Source: Asterionella formosa (lineage: Eukaryota). From it: a stretch of 47,857 nucleotides of DNA. Below the pieces are notes generated by a model that saw only the letters and a program-made list of their open reading frames with translations, ran no database searches and was not told where the DNA came from. Below, piece by piece: positions 21,903 to 35,130 of this stretch (position 1 is its first letter; every line of letters begins with the position of its first letter). Position numbers and translations under genes: made by a program. Location: assembly GCA_002256025.1 (NCBI GenBank), contig NKIB01014081.1, positions 1-47,857 of the forward strand. Reading direction: 5' to 3'.

Positions 21903-23687
21903 CTGCTCCTTGATTCATCAATATTTCCACCATGAGCAGGAGCGCTGCCTGCAAATGCATCAAGTGGCACATGAGCACATGATTTGGTTTCTCTATGACC
22001 TGTTTAGTGTTGAGCATGGCAAATCTACGTCTGCATGACCATTTGGATTAATGTGCAAAAGATTTTGAGCTTGATAGTGGGCTATCTGGAGCTGAAGCTG
22101 TACAGGAATGCCTCAAATATGGGCGATCCTACTATTGATGTTTCAATGAAGCTACTACAACAATTTTGCAACCATCGCTATGCGAATGACTTCAATTTCA
22201 AGTTCACCATGAATGAACTCAACCATAACAACAATGAGATTGGATGGTAAAATTATATAAATGCATTCATAGAATTCATGCATATAAATTTTATTTATGA
22301 ACACATTTTACTTCAGCTAAAATTATGTGGTTCTAGTAGCTACAGTGGCTACCTAATGTAGTTTCAAGATGCACCCAGCCAGTCATATAAGTTTTGGATT
22401 ACAAAATAAGATGTCAAGCCTATTCATTATATTTTATTTTAGTTGACTGATATGATACCAGTACCTAGGGAGTTGTTGCGGTAAAAGACGTTTCTTACTA
22501 CTGGGAAAACATAGCTAAATCTCTCATTTATCGCAACTTGAGGTACTAATTGTATGTAAATACATTTGTTAAGTACAATAGCATCAATATGACGCACGCA
22601 GTCGAATTCGATTTATACTGTGCGTACATAGAGCCAAAACTTTCAGTTCGCCGACATGCCTGCTCGAAATCGATATATATTTAGCTATATCTTTGAGTAA
22701 GTAAAAAGTGTTTGGCACTGGTCGTTGTATCCAGGACCAGTACGTAATCAATACCGGTACCCAGGAGCAGACCAATCCCGAATGTTGACGTACTTTTTCA
22801 CTTCGTACGCACCAGTACTCTACCACAGGTACAATAAACAGCTGCGATAATGGCAACGTGAAAGACAGCAGAAGGTATGGCCACATGTAGAAGCCATCCA
22901 AAGAAAATCGGCTATTTTCTCTTGGTAAATTTGAAAATTAGGGTTCGATATAGGCCATTTTGGAACACTATATCAGCTCTACATAGATGCACCTCTGAAA
23001 GCAGAACTAGGTGTACCAGCTACTGTATGGCTATCACCACAGACCATGCTGGTACGCTCGAGAATCGTAGTCGTTGTTGTACTAATGACGAGGGGGATGC
23101 TACTATGTTTAAGTAATCCATTAGTACAGCATTTTATGGATATGGACTACGGTAGATGGGAATTACCAGGTGCCAGTCATACGCTTGTTTCTATGTAGAT
23201 GTGACAATCAGGTTATCATGAGCGATCATGTGTACTACGAAGTAACATGTCGAGCGGTATCACGGAGTATGCAGGTGCTCTTGAATGGTCATACGTTTCG
23301 ATGTCCGGGGGCATCGCTTCTTCCAACGTTCTCGTTCCGCCCAACTTGCAGGACGTAAGGTATGGTACTAATGTACAGGTATACACGGTGTTTCATGATC
23401 AGAATTTGACGATTGCATCCCAAGCCCTATATATATGACATGCCCATCCAAACCGACCTGTCCCACTGAGTGAAAACTGCATAGAATCCGAAGTCTCGAG
23501 TACAAGGGAGGCGCGGTAAGAAAAAATTCTTACGCCAACTGGTGTACTTTCGGGCATAAATATTATTCCGCGCAGCGATTCTACTTGGGTCGTTTGCTTG
23601 CTGTTGTGGAAACGCAAAAATAAAATAAAAAACGTATGAAGAGCCTTATTATACGAAGATTAGACCTCATCAAGATCATTAACTGCA

Positions 23688-24536
23688 ATGAGCTCGTCCC
23701 TTTCAAAAAGCGCTGTCGATCCCCAGGACTCCGACATTCTTGCAGGTCGAGGCAAGGCGACGTACACTCATCCGGGGAACAAGCGCTACCTCCAACTGAT
23801 CAATGAGAACATTGAACGGTACATTAACGAAACGACGAAAGTTGGCAAGACTGCAATTGTCCGCTCCGTCGTGCAGATCCTTCAGAACGAGCAACGCAGG
23901 TTCCTTCAGCGAGACTCCAAGAGCGACACCTGGTACGAACTCTCAAGACGAGGCGTGCTAGACAAGGTCGGCCATTCCTTGAGAGACATGAAGCAAACCA
24001 AAGTCAGCGCGGAGAAGAAGCTGGATAAGAAACTGATTGCTGACTGCGGACCTGAAGGAGCCACCATGGACCATCTGCCTGTTTCTCACACTAGTCTGGG
24101 ATTCACTTCTCGCCTCGACCCGTCTTCCAGAATGCCATATTTTACTGCTGGGCAACTTGGACTAGGTGGAATGATGGCTCAACAGTATCCAACTCCCGCC
24201 CCAACCTTGCTCCGACAGCACAGTGCGGCCATGGGGCCCTTTTCCGGGTCTAGCAAGCTTGAAGCTATTCTAGAGACTACTAATCTGATCTTGAAGGAAC
24301 GAGCTGCCATGAACCGAGCCATGCAAATGGGAGGGGCCATGCAACATCACCAGCAAATGATGAATTCAGCCATGCATATTGGAATGTTTGGAAATAATGG
24401 AAACTTGGGCATGGGAATCCGCAATCCAAACTTTGGACATTCAGCCATGCTTGAAGATCAACAGCAACACCATGCGGCTCTTCAACAACTGGTTTTCCAA
24501 CAAGCAAGGACAAATCAACAGGGTAACTTGATGTAG
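23688..24536 (+). CDS. DUF6824-domain protein with a Q/M-rich low-complexity tail (putative diatom transcriptional regulator), 282 aa
   Basis: DILAGRGKATYTHPGNKRYLQLI...KTAIVRSVV...RRFLQR...WYEL...DKVGHSLRD is the DUF6824 signature. Confidence 0.88.
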   Translation: MSSSLSKSAVDPQDSDILAGRGKATYTHPGNKRYLQLINENIERYINETTKVGKTAIVRSVVQILQNEQRRFLQRDSKSDTWYELSRRGVLDKVGHSLRDMKQTKVSAEKKLDKKLIADCGPEGATMDHLPVSHTSLGFTSRLDPSSRMPYFTAGQLGLGGMMAQQYPTPAPTLLRQHSAAMGPFSGSSKLEAILETTNLILKERAAMNRAMQMGGAMQHHQQMMNSAMHIGMFGNNGNLGMGIRNPNFGHSAMLEDQQQHHAALQQLVFQQARTNQQGNLM

Positions 24537-27500
24537 ATTGCCCCCGCCGAAATCATCCACAAGCATGTTAAAAAATTACTGTGATGCATCTGACTTTAAA
24601 TCGATTATATACATGAAACTTAATGGGTACAAAAAAAAGATTTAAATGAAACATATTTATATATCTAGATATCTAAGGAACTCAATTAACTGACCTTTTC
24701 TCCAGACGCTAGTTCCTTGAAGATGTACATATACATTGACGATCCTTCCATTCAGCTCCGCAATTCATAAAATGCTGCTGTGATGTCTACCATGAGAATA
24801 AGCATTCAATAAATTCTTACATGTTGATGATATCTTTACCCTCATTACCATATATCTGACTTTATATTGCACAGCTTATTGTCTGTGTCAATGACTTAAT
24901 CTATCGTTTTGGCCATTATTAAGAGCATCTCCACCCTATCAACCAACCAAAAGCCCAAAGCAAATTGGAAGTTTTAACATCAAAACATGTCACTAAGTTG
25001 AGAAATTTTAATCAATGTATTTGTTGGAGCAAATAACTTGTGAGCATCTAAAGAATCCCACCAAATACAGCATCAGCTGTCATCTTGTGATGATAAGAAG
25101 AAATTAGTTTAATTGGCACTGATTCATTACTCGCTCCCCATCTTCTCCATTGCAGTTGTTGACAACATCATCCACCATTAGTACAATTCAGAAATTTTTA
25201 TTGACAATGGCTTGCTCTGAATGCCTGCTACAATCCTTATCAACACATAATCTTGCTCCTATGATGATCATTTCAACTGCAAAGGGAAGGAGGAACAAAG
25301 AAGAACTAGCAACATTTTCGATTTTGGAACAATTGCCAGTAAATCTGCACTTGCTGGCCACCAGGAATCTCCAGAATGGGGGGTTGAGTGCAGAACTCAT
25401 GACAAGTAGGACCTTGGTTGATAAACCTCTTTGTAAAATCCAAATAAAACTGTGATGCATCCTCAATTTAGTGCGAAGGTCTTTGTTTGCATGTGCACAG
25501 ATATTGATTTGGCTCAGAATGGACATGTTGGTCTGATATGGCTATTGGTGCATGTGGGAGACAAAGTAGATCTGAATATATTCAACACTATTCTTGGAGG
25601 GAACGAAGCAAGTGTAATGACAGGATAGAATACTAGTACAATGCATCTGACCACAAGCTAAAATATCATGTCAGCTCTACTATGGCTACCCGAACTTTAT
25701 TCTGCGTGCACACGCAAAGCCATAAAAAGTGTTGTTTTGTCATCCATGCCATGAAATGAACGATTTAAGAAATTTGTCCCTGATGAGGAGGACATCCTTT
25801 GTAGCCCTAACATACTTGGCTGTGCAGAGCCGAGCAATGAGTGTGTCCCAACTTGCCTACCAGTTCATGTTCTAGGAGGAATTGAGGTTTTCTCTCTTAG
25901 AACATTTCCATCCTATCAACCAAGAGCCAAAGCGAATTGAAGTTGTGCCTTAAAAAACTTCGCTCACTTGTTTGACAATATTTATATATCACTAGTCAAA
26001 TTTTTACCTTTGAACAAAATCCTAAACTAGTCGAATATTGTACCCAAATTTTATCGAACAGAACAGAAATAGGGCTAGAGAGTAGTAGCTGTAGTTGCAG
26101 TTTATCAGTTTTTCATGATGAAAAATAATATCCAGGAGCAGCCGCTAATTACTGGTTTAATTATTATATTGGGTATACTTTAGATTTTCCCATGATGAAG
26201 AAATGGCTAGCAATACTGTATGCATCATTGTTTCACATCCGCATCTACAGCTGCTTCGCTAACGTTCAGAAGGAAACAAGAAGGAGGGCGGGAAGAAACA
26301 ACAAGACAAAGCATTGGAGATGCAGTGGAGGAGTATTGAAGGTGGTTTTAGGTTTTCCAAAATGATAATCACATTTGCTATCAATTCCTTATTCTTACGC
26401 CAATCGAGAACTACCATAAAAATACTATGAATATGCATTTGTATATTGTTCTTCTAGAATAGAAGAAAGGTCGACCATTTTTCCAGTTTGGTTTTATCTA
26501 GTAGGGAGATAGCTTAATAAACAATCATAATAGTACTAGGAGCATTAACATGTTGACTATATTATTTTACCAGGATTTAGAAACATCTACTACATGACAT
26601 CCATCAGTGATTGTGAATGTCAGGTGGAACAGAGGAGTCCTGAAGGCACTTGAGTCATCAATACCCAAGTTAATCACATCTAATCCCTACTTTACTTTGT
26701 TGTTTCATTTAATGTCATCAAGCAAGTCGTATTGTGCCATTATTGGTATGAAGCGCTTCATTGAATTGGTGCAAATATTCTGGTGGATTCCTCTGGTGCT
26801 CATTCATGAAATAATTTGCTCTTATTATTTCGAATACAAGTCGATGATCATTCTGAATTCGTTATGAATTGTGGGCCTTCTAGTCATTGTATCTGAATTC
26901 ACTGACCCATTAATGCAAGTAAAATGATTGTAGTGCAAGCAAAGTAAAATCTTTCCTTATAATTACATCATTTCTAAAACTATCACGGAGAACACTTGAG
27001 AATATCCGACTTTCTATGTTCCTAAACAATTTTGGCAGGTTGATCACCACCTCTGCAGTCCTATCCAACAAATCCCTCATGAAAACCAACTTCCAATTTT
27101 TTCTGAAGGTCCACGAGCATTTCGGTTTGAGACCAAACTTTGCCATCATGCACTTGATGCATAGTACTAGTTAAACAAAAATAAGGCACATCATGTGACA
27201 AACTGGCACACGAGAGCAAGGATTCCCATTGAGATCAAGACCTGAGTGTCTTTGTTCGTGATGTATACCGGCAGGAAATCCAGAATGGGACGAGCTAGTC
27301 AACAGTCCAGAACCTTATGGACAACATTCAACAAGAAATCATATTTTATGTCATGGCTATAAACAACCATTCCAGTATGCCAAATCATTAAGAAATCATC
27401 CTACTAGCTGGCTGTTGGAACTAATTTGGAAAAATGAATGTTAGTTTTCTATTCAAGAAAACCAAAATACAAATACATACAGTCATTTTGTAGTTTTTGA

Positions 27501-29049
27501 TGGATAGTACTATACTACATGAGTAGTGCTAGCTGCATAAGAAGAAAGAGCATATAATTAATGTGATGCTAAAATTGAAAAAACTACAACTTTCTCACCA
27601 CCTTCGATCCTCCTCCCCTGCGTTGCCATCGCGTTTTCTCGCTGCAAATTCCCAAAGCTGTACAAGTGATCGTCATCTGATGAGTCTTAATTGCTAGCCA
27701 ATACTTCATCTTGTTAAAGAACCCAACATATCAATGAAACCAGCAATATATAGTTGGCTGCTGCTACTGCAAGCAAGTTGCGGTCATTTTGCTACATCTA
27801 GTGATACATAGCCTTTCTGTCGGCAATATGGCTGGTTGTATCAAAATAATAATTAAAGTAGTTCACGTGGTAGCTAGATTTGGTACATAATATAATCCTT
27901 ATCCCTATAGTTGCAAGGAACATAAATCCTACATTCGATAACAAGCAACAAAGAATAAGATTTCAATAAGGGATCGGTCAAGAAGACTAAAAGCGAGCAT
28001 TGTACACCAGCCAGCTCTACAACAAAGGAACAATAGAACATCGAATCCACTGCCTCGATTGATTCAAGTGGTGGTTTGTTGTCAAAGTAGGCGTGGAAAC
28101 TCAAGTGAATGAACAGATACGTCAATGGACTCACTGTCATCAAAGACAGGACCTACAATGACATAAATGACAAAGGTACTCTGATGAGGTATGTAAATTA
28201 CGTAATCAGATTACTCTGTTACCATGATGTAGACAATTTCTTCCTTTCTCGTCTCTCCTGTTTCGCTGTGTTTCAATTCTCGATGTAACATGTTCTAATT
28301 ATAGATTTCAAGTAGAAGTAGAATTTTCTGTTCTAAAATTAGTGTTGTTTGATGAACTGATTAAGGTTATACCGCCGCTCAATTTTCTAGGAACGAATTC
28401 ATTGGGTCAATGGATCATGCGTTGTTTGTTGTGTTATAAAATATCAATGCATCCATATGATTCCTCCGCGAATTTCTAATAGATTGCTTACAAACAAGAT
28501 ATTGTGCACTGTAGATGCATGATGCTTAATCAAAAACACGATGATGACTTGAACAACAATTGAAGATGTAATCACAGACAATCATTCATCTCGTCATATC
28601 TGTTTCGTCGTTGCTGCAACAAATGCAGTAAGGACTGCTGGTCAGGATGATGAACCAAAGCACATTTTTTGCTGGTACAACATCCCACAAGAAACTAAAA
28701 TGCAAGAAGAGATTAGATACGATACATATGATCATTGAATATTCATAGTCGAAAAGGCACCATTTAATTAACGACATTAATTATCATATGCATTTGATAA
28801 TTTATTGAAATAAAATGATAAATGATCATCATCATCATATACAAATATGATGTTTTCTATTTGCAGACGTTTTTATTCCACCAATAATATTACGGTGACT
28901 TGTTTAGGAGCAGAATTGAAATCACAAACCTGGAGAATATCAGCTAGAAAAGGAGAGGGAAAGAAGCAGAAACCACTAGATTATGATTGTACAGGAGGGA
29001 CGAATTCAGAGATCTGATGTTTCAGAAGTCCTAAATACTGCTTCATTTT

Positions 29050-30620
29050 CTCAAGTCGAAGACTTGGCACTGAGCAACGACATCTATGTGATAAAAGAAA
29101 CTACATTGAACCTGTATAGTAGTGCAAAACAAGGGAGCAAATTATGAGAAAGGTAATCAATTGGGACACTTTGCAAACAAACAACATGTTTGTTCGTGGT
29201 TGTCCTCATGAAGCAGGAACGATGAGTTCGGTTGATGCTGAAATAATATGCCGTACCTTTCCTTAACTTTGCATAGTGGTTACTGGAGGAGGAAGGGAAG
29301 CAAGGTTTAATGATCTGGAGCAACGAATATGCGAAGCTGAAACAGTTGTAACAGAACATTCAATGAGGGAGGCAATGAATGAGGAGGTGTGTCCAACTCT
29401 AGACGTAAATGCATGTCATGTTTGGATCAATTTTGCTAAAGATATTTCATGGTGAAAAATTCTTAGCAAAGAAGCAAGTGTCATCCCGGAAGACATGCTA
29501 AGACTAACGGTAAGTTTTGATATGGGCTGGAGGCAGCAGCACTCCAGTGGTAACAAATATAATACGAGAATAGCGGGCATGCTTTTTGTATTGGGTGTAA
29601 TTCAAAAAGATACTGGACTACTGCATAAAATCGAAGGTATACAACATTTGTGACTATGCTGTCCAGCGGTTTACGTAAGTCGAGCCTCATTTTTGCTCGA
29701 AGTATTACCTATTGGGTAGTTCCAAGTCATGGTGATCGAGGCAATGTATAACTATCAAGTCTTCTACAATACAATGGTTTGCGATGTTGATTCACTATAA
29801 GAGCTAATTGCATATGGCCTTGTAAAGATTTACAAGTGCAAAATTCATTGCTTTAATGCCAGAAAAAAACAACGCACAGCGGCGTAAAATAGGCAAACCA
29901 CGGATCCCTTCTATCATTACGCATCAAGGAACCGGTTTTTTCTCCAATAACTCGCACCGAGTTCGCGTCTTTCTTCATCTCTGTTTGCTTGTTCTTGATG
30001 TCTCGAGGCCTGAAATGCGATGCAAGATTGACAAAAACGACTGCCTGCGACTGAAAATTTATTTTGGATGGTTGCTTCATTAAAAAAATCGACATAAAAC
30101 ATTTGAAGAATTCGGGCAGCATCAATGGCGCCAATCCACCATTTATTTGAAAGTCATTAGAACTGTAGTCCGGGCGGAATGGTGTCCTGCAAAAGCAAAA
30201 AAAAATTATTAAAGGTAAATATCGGAACATTCACAACAACAAGGAAATATTCGATTGGGTAATTGAAAATGTTGGCAAAAGGATGGAAGATGAGAAACCC
30301 AAAGCATTACATTACCCATTCGATACACAAATGATTGAGGCGATGAACAATGCTGTTGCAAGGCGTTGTCCAAAAAAATGATTGCTGGCTCCCAAAGCCT
30401 GCTTTATCGAGTAGCTTCAATGGCGGGACAACAGACAAAAGGCGCTGATAAATACATGTTTGATGTATGTGAAATGTTGGGGATGACAATGTCAACACAA
30501 CAACAAAACTTTCGGTTGTAGCCCCTTTTTAACGAAATGAGGTCCTTACCATTCTTTCTGAAGAAAGAAATTAACTCTAGCTAAGTTGAGAAATGAATTT
30601 ATCTAAGAATAGTTTGCAAG
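29050..30620 (+). mobile_element. Degenerate Mutator-like transposase (frameshifted, with stops)
   Basis: Reading across frameshifts gives TNNMFV...FNDLEQRIC...MREAMNEEV, LTVSFDMGW (first D, ~29513-29530), SGHAFCIGCNSK, HFCSK..GSSKS, MVCDVDS (second D, ~29774-29794), SHRVRV, CLRLKIYFG, EWCPAK and LHYPFDTQMIEAMNNAVARRCPK (E, ~30322-30350). Confidence 0.85.
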
Positions 30621-30799
30621 GTGGTCATATTGGTGAACGCAAATTATACCTTAAAGTATGCGTGATATTTACTATTACGTAATGTGTGGATTAAGGTACA
30701 TCATAAAATTATATTGGGAAAAGACGGATCTCGCAATGTGTAACCATTGTGGGGCCACAACTACCAAACGCTTATTAACTTTTAACTTAGGCAGGAGAA

Positions 30800-30995
30800 T
30801 CCACCTTTCTTTTTCATGTAGTCCCGCCTGCCTAGCTAGGGTTCCGGGGGGGGGGGGGGATGCGACTGAAAGAACAGACAGGTCCCGTTGTACTGTATGG
30901 ACAAACAAAACTTGTATTAATTGTTTCCATTGAAAATGTGGGCACAAGTGCGATTATTGGATTTAACATGCTGTAAAATTTAATTAAATTTTTTT
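30800..30995 (+). repeat. Left arm of a ~190-bp inverted-repeat pair (partner at ~36995-37176)
   Basis: tccacc...catgta.tccc...ctagggttcc...gacaggtccc.ttgtactgta..gacaaacaaaac..gtattaattgtttccattgaaaatgtgggca..agtgcgattattgga matches the reverse complement of 36995-37176. Confidence 0.85.
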
Positions 30996-31649
30996 AAAAC
31001 TTGGCTGAGCAGCCAGCAAGGGTCACAAGCACAAGCCAAGCCTCCACGGAAGCGTACCAGCCCTTACACGACGCGCTCTCAATATTTATATTTAGTTCTG
31101 TATAACTAGGTAACAAAATTTAACTAACCCCCCCCCCCATTTATTGCTGCTAAACAAATTTAAGCACATTTTTCGGATGTCCCTTTGTATGGATCCTGGT
31201 ATAAGGTGTTGAAAATACGTCATCATCTACGTCACTTGTATTTTTCCACGTAGAAGAAAAGATTCCAGGTGGAAGGAGCACATGAGGGAATAGAATCTTG
31301 GTTTCACATTACGAAGCAAAGCGTTCTTTGGACCTACTCCCGCCTGCCTAAAGATGTATGCCCGACTCGCTCTACAGCATATGCTGGTTCTATATGTGGT
31401 CCCCTGGTACCTGGTACCCCTCGTCGTATGTCCTGAACCAGGTAGTACTAGCTATATACCGGTAGTCTGACACAGTTAACATGTGTTGGAGGGAACTAAG
31501 CAAGTGTAATGACATGAAAGAATATGCATCCAACTGACATGATAGAAGCAATGTCAACATAGAGTACCAGGTAGGGTCCATTTGGTGAAGATCCATGTCC
31601 AGATTACTATGATATATGTGCGACTGTCTTAGAGAGATATGACTCGACT

Positions 31650-33110
31650 GTTGGCTGATGCTGTCGCATTAACACCTAAAGAAAATGTGACAAAGTGCTT
31701 GCAAGTAACTCTGCTAATGAGCTGATTATTTCTTTGATACTTGTTGTCATACCACGTTTTACGTTTTTTTCCTTGTTGGGGATGCAGATGACACCCTTTT
31801 GCCTTTTGGACGTGGTTCCTTCTTCTTGAGGTTATTGACCTGCTCTGCTTTTTCTGCAGGGATATGAAGTCAAGGAGGAAGTTCTGCAAAAGTATAGCTC
31901 GATATTTGATGGCAGAGGAACCAATGTGCAAAATTCTTTCAATATAGGAATGAAATGCACATAAGCGTTTGATGCTTCCAATGCCACTAGTAGTACATAG
32001 CTTGGAAATGTAAAGTCACTGCCATCCTCCCAATCGTCATCAGAATCCTCTCTATAAATGGAAGCTTCTTGGCTAAGAAATGGAGGAACTGCAGCGACAT
32101 TGCAATGTCTTTTAGAGCCTCCCTGCATTTTTCTTCGCTGTAGTTGAGACAGCGTGCAGATAGAGATTGTGTGACAGTAATCACAATGTGGTGGATAGGA
32201 TCTTTGTCAATTGTAGGTGGAAGAAGGGCATGGGGGAAAATTGGGCCTTGAGTATCGTTGTCATGTGGGTGAAAGAGCTTATGTTTTGTCTTAAGGTTTT
32301 CTCTTTGAGTCCTCAGTCCATGAAACATGTATTTTTCCACCAAATAAGCAACAACGTCTTTGTGTGTGACACCCCCCTTGAAAGTGTTCCCTTGCATCTT
32401 CTAAAGTTCGCAAAGCAGATGGAGCGAAGAGCTTATGTTTTGTCTCAAAGTTTCTTTGCCAGTCCTCATTCCATGGAACATGTATTTTTCCACCAAATAA
32501 ACAACAACGTCTTTGTATGTGACAAGCTTGAAAGTGTTTCCTTGCATCTTCTAAAGTTCGCAAAGCAGCTGGAAGAGCTTATGTTTGTCTCAAAGTTTTC
32601 TTTGCCAGTCCTCAGTCCATGAAACATGTATTTTTCCACCAAAAAAACAGCAACGTCTTCTGTGTGTGACACCCCCCTTGAAAGTGTTCCCTTGCATCTT
32701 CTAAAGTTCGCAAAGCAGCTGAAAGAGCTTATGTTTTGTCTCAAAGTTTTCAAAAAAAACAGCAACATGTATATTTTTCACCGAAAAATAGCAACGTCTT
32801 TGTGTGTGACACCCCCCTTGAAAGCGTTCCCTTGCATCTTCTAAAGTTCGCAAAGCAAAATCATTAGATGACAGCAGGGAATTCTAATGCAAAAGAAGTG
32901 GCTGCAGTCACAAGTTAGATGGTGTCCTGAAGCATAATATCGTGTAATGCGATGCACTTGCTTGAATTTCGGAATGATTTCCTTTGCCACTGATGTATTT
33001 ATCTGAGCGATGATGTCTAACGTGGTCACGAGGTAGACCCTGGTACCAGACGACCACGTTTTAGTCTCCATCTAACGCATAAGCGAGCAGGGCAATAACT
33101 ATTTATTTTA
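31650..33110 (-). mobile_element. 3' relic of a SWIM-type MULE transposase
   Basis: LTCDCSHFFCIRIPCCHLMILL (SWIM CxCxnCxH; ~32855-32920) is followed by VTHKDV...WWK/KYMFHG and a frameshifted C-terminal region. Confidence 0.7.
32271..32857. repeat. Four-copy ~150-bp tandem array inside the MULE relic
   Basis: The unit gagcttatgtttt...catgtatttttccacc...gtgtgtgacaccccccttgaaagtgttcccttgcatcttctaaagttcgcaaagc starts at 32275, 32429, 32575 and 32725; the last copy is internally deleted. Confidence 0.93.
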
Positions 33111-33660
33111 AAGAGGAGCGGCCGAATGTTTGAAGGTACTGAAAAGTCTACTTACGGGCAGGCAGTACGTTTGTTAGCATTTCGGAATGGTTATACATAA
33201 CAACCGATTTTTGTGTGGAAGCATTCTTGACAGAGAAACGAAAAACTACACACCGGAATTCGCTCTACGTAAAAAATAGTTTGATACGGATCATCAGGTA
33301 CTACATTTATGGGTATGCCCGTTTATGATTGTGGGAACTTCGGATTGAAATATCCTCGCGAGCAAATATTACCTGTTATTGTGAGCATTAAACTTGTGCG
33401 TAATATGGCAGACTCGCTTTTTTAAAAACCGAGTAAAGCATGATTTTCAAGCAAACGCTTGCTTGTAGACGATGTGTACAGCTCTTGTTCCTTTCGTTCA
33501 AGCCATCGCTTGAGCTAGACAAACATGAATAAATCGTATAACTTAGATATAGACTTATAAATATTTATGTATATATCACAATGAATATATCCAAGGGCAA
33601 AGAGTTAAATTCACCATATTGACCGAACGTAACCACTGAGTATAGCAGAAGAGTTTGCGA

Positions 33661-34476
33661 TCATCTCAATCCAGCAGAGTATATTAGATCAGGATCAATC
33701 AGTCCTCCGGGAAGGCCCATTCTCATCATCGGAGTTCCGGATGCCCTCAGCATTGAACGTTGAAGAATAGACTGATCAAGCAACTGCTGTTCTTGAATCA
33801 GAGCCCTTCGATTGCTGGCAAGCAGAGACTCAGCAAAGATTTGTCCTTCCATCCCTCCAACATAGCTACTTCCAACAAGTCTCGAATGCAATCGAAACTG
33901 AGCAGGATCAAGCTGATGGTTCATCCCAGCACTTCGATGCAGTAGCGCGCTGTTTGCCAAGAGTTGTGGCAGCGGCTGCTGTTGGAGTTGTGAGTCCATT
34001 TGGCGGAGCATGGAGTGACGAAGAAGACTGTCGATTCCCCCAGCAGGTGAGCAAGACGGTTGCGATTTGAGAGCCAGAGCTTGAGAAAGACGACGATGGC
34101 GATTGATTTCTTGCTCCAGAGCAGCATAGTGTGCTTCCCTCGCCAATCGACCGCCACGTCCCAACTTGGTGGCTTTCATATCCCGGAGAGAATGGCCTAC
34201 CTTATCCATGATCGCCTTGGTATCGAGAGCGTTCCATTCTCCCGTCTTCGAGTTCTTGACCAAGAAGCGACGACCTTCCTCATTCTCTAAAATGCAAACA
34301 ATGCTTTTGACAACTCGGGACTTGGCAAGTTTAGATTCTGTCACAAGGTAATCGTCCAACGTCGCTTCTATGACTTGAAGGTAGCGCTGATTGCCAGGAT
34401 GACTATAGGTGGCCTTACCTCGTCCAGACAAGACGTCAATGGCACGGGGTTGGTACGTTTCTGCTGAAGCGTCCAT
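33661..34476 (-). CDS. DUF6824-domain protein with a Q/L/S-rich tail, 271 aa (paralog of 23688-24536)
   Basis: DVLSGRGKATYSHPGNQRYLQVI...KSRVVKSIV...GRRFLVK...WNAL...DKVGHSLRDMK. Confidence 0.88.
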   Translation of the reverse strand: MDASAETYQPRAIDVLSGRGKATYSHPGNQRYLQVIEATLDDYLVTESKLAKSRVVKSIVCILENEEGRRFLVKNSKTGEWNALDTKAIMDKVGHSLRDMKATKLGRGGRLAREAHYAALEQEINRHRRLSQALALKSQPSCSPAGGIDSLLRHSMLRQMDSQLQQQPLPQLLANSALLHRSAGMNHQLDPAQFRLHSRLVGSSYVGGMEGQIFAESLLASNRRALIQEQQLLDQSILQRSMLRASGTPMMRMGLPGGLIDPDLIYSAGLR

Positions 34477-35130
34477 GATGAAGTCTAGTTTATTTTGGAA
34501 GTAATTTTGGGTAGTATGATTTTGGAATTATGTTGCCTTGCGGTATTCAACTAAAGGGTACCAGTGCCGTTATTCAACTGCTAGTAGCTACTGTAACAGG
34601 GTAATTCCCTGGTGTTGTACCTACCGGTACTGATTTCATTCAACATGATACAAAAAGGAAAAGAATACGAACGACTGGATGTATCGCATTCAGGACAAAC
34701 TTGAACACTACTGCGCGTTATGTCATGATCGTGGATGTGAACGCTAAGACTTTCACGACGATTTTTGCGGTTCCCAAAATTGCACTTCGAACACAAGCGT
34801 CAACCAAAGGAGCGTATCAGATATTTTCGACCATAATTACAGGTAAGCCACTACTAGTTGGGTACATCAACAAATGTATTTAAGAAGAATTATTAATTTA
34901 CATGACTTTCATAAATAAATAAAACAGGATCCGTGGTATCCATATGTCTCCCAGGTGATCTGGATGTTATATACATCGAGCAACTTGCAAGTCCCGGAAC
35001 ATTTGTTATACTCATGGTAATAACTGTGGGTTACGGGACCACCTTGAGACCAAAGAAACGGGAACACGTTAAAGTCAAAATGTTCGAACGGATGCTCGAT
35101 AATGACCAGCAAATTGAAATTTAAAACAAT

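Noticed and set aside
25985..26085. Candidate left TIR of the 29-30.6 kb Mutator element (versus 31075-31138)
   Set aside because: Only weak AT-rich similarity and no TSD.
30846..31138. Poly-G (30846-30859) and poly-C (31128-31138) as TIR ends or G-quadruplex
   Set aside because: No further inverted similarity. The homologous arm at 37.1 kb has ggggtgtggcgg, so the G-run is likely slippage or sequencing error.
32167..32844. Plus-strand ORFs of 151 and 72 aa
   Set aside because: Antisense readings of the tandem array within the MULE relic.
32271..32857. Possible CRISPR-like array
   Set aside because: Whole units are duplicated with no unique spacers, in a eukaryotic TE context.
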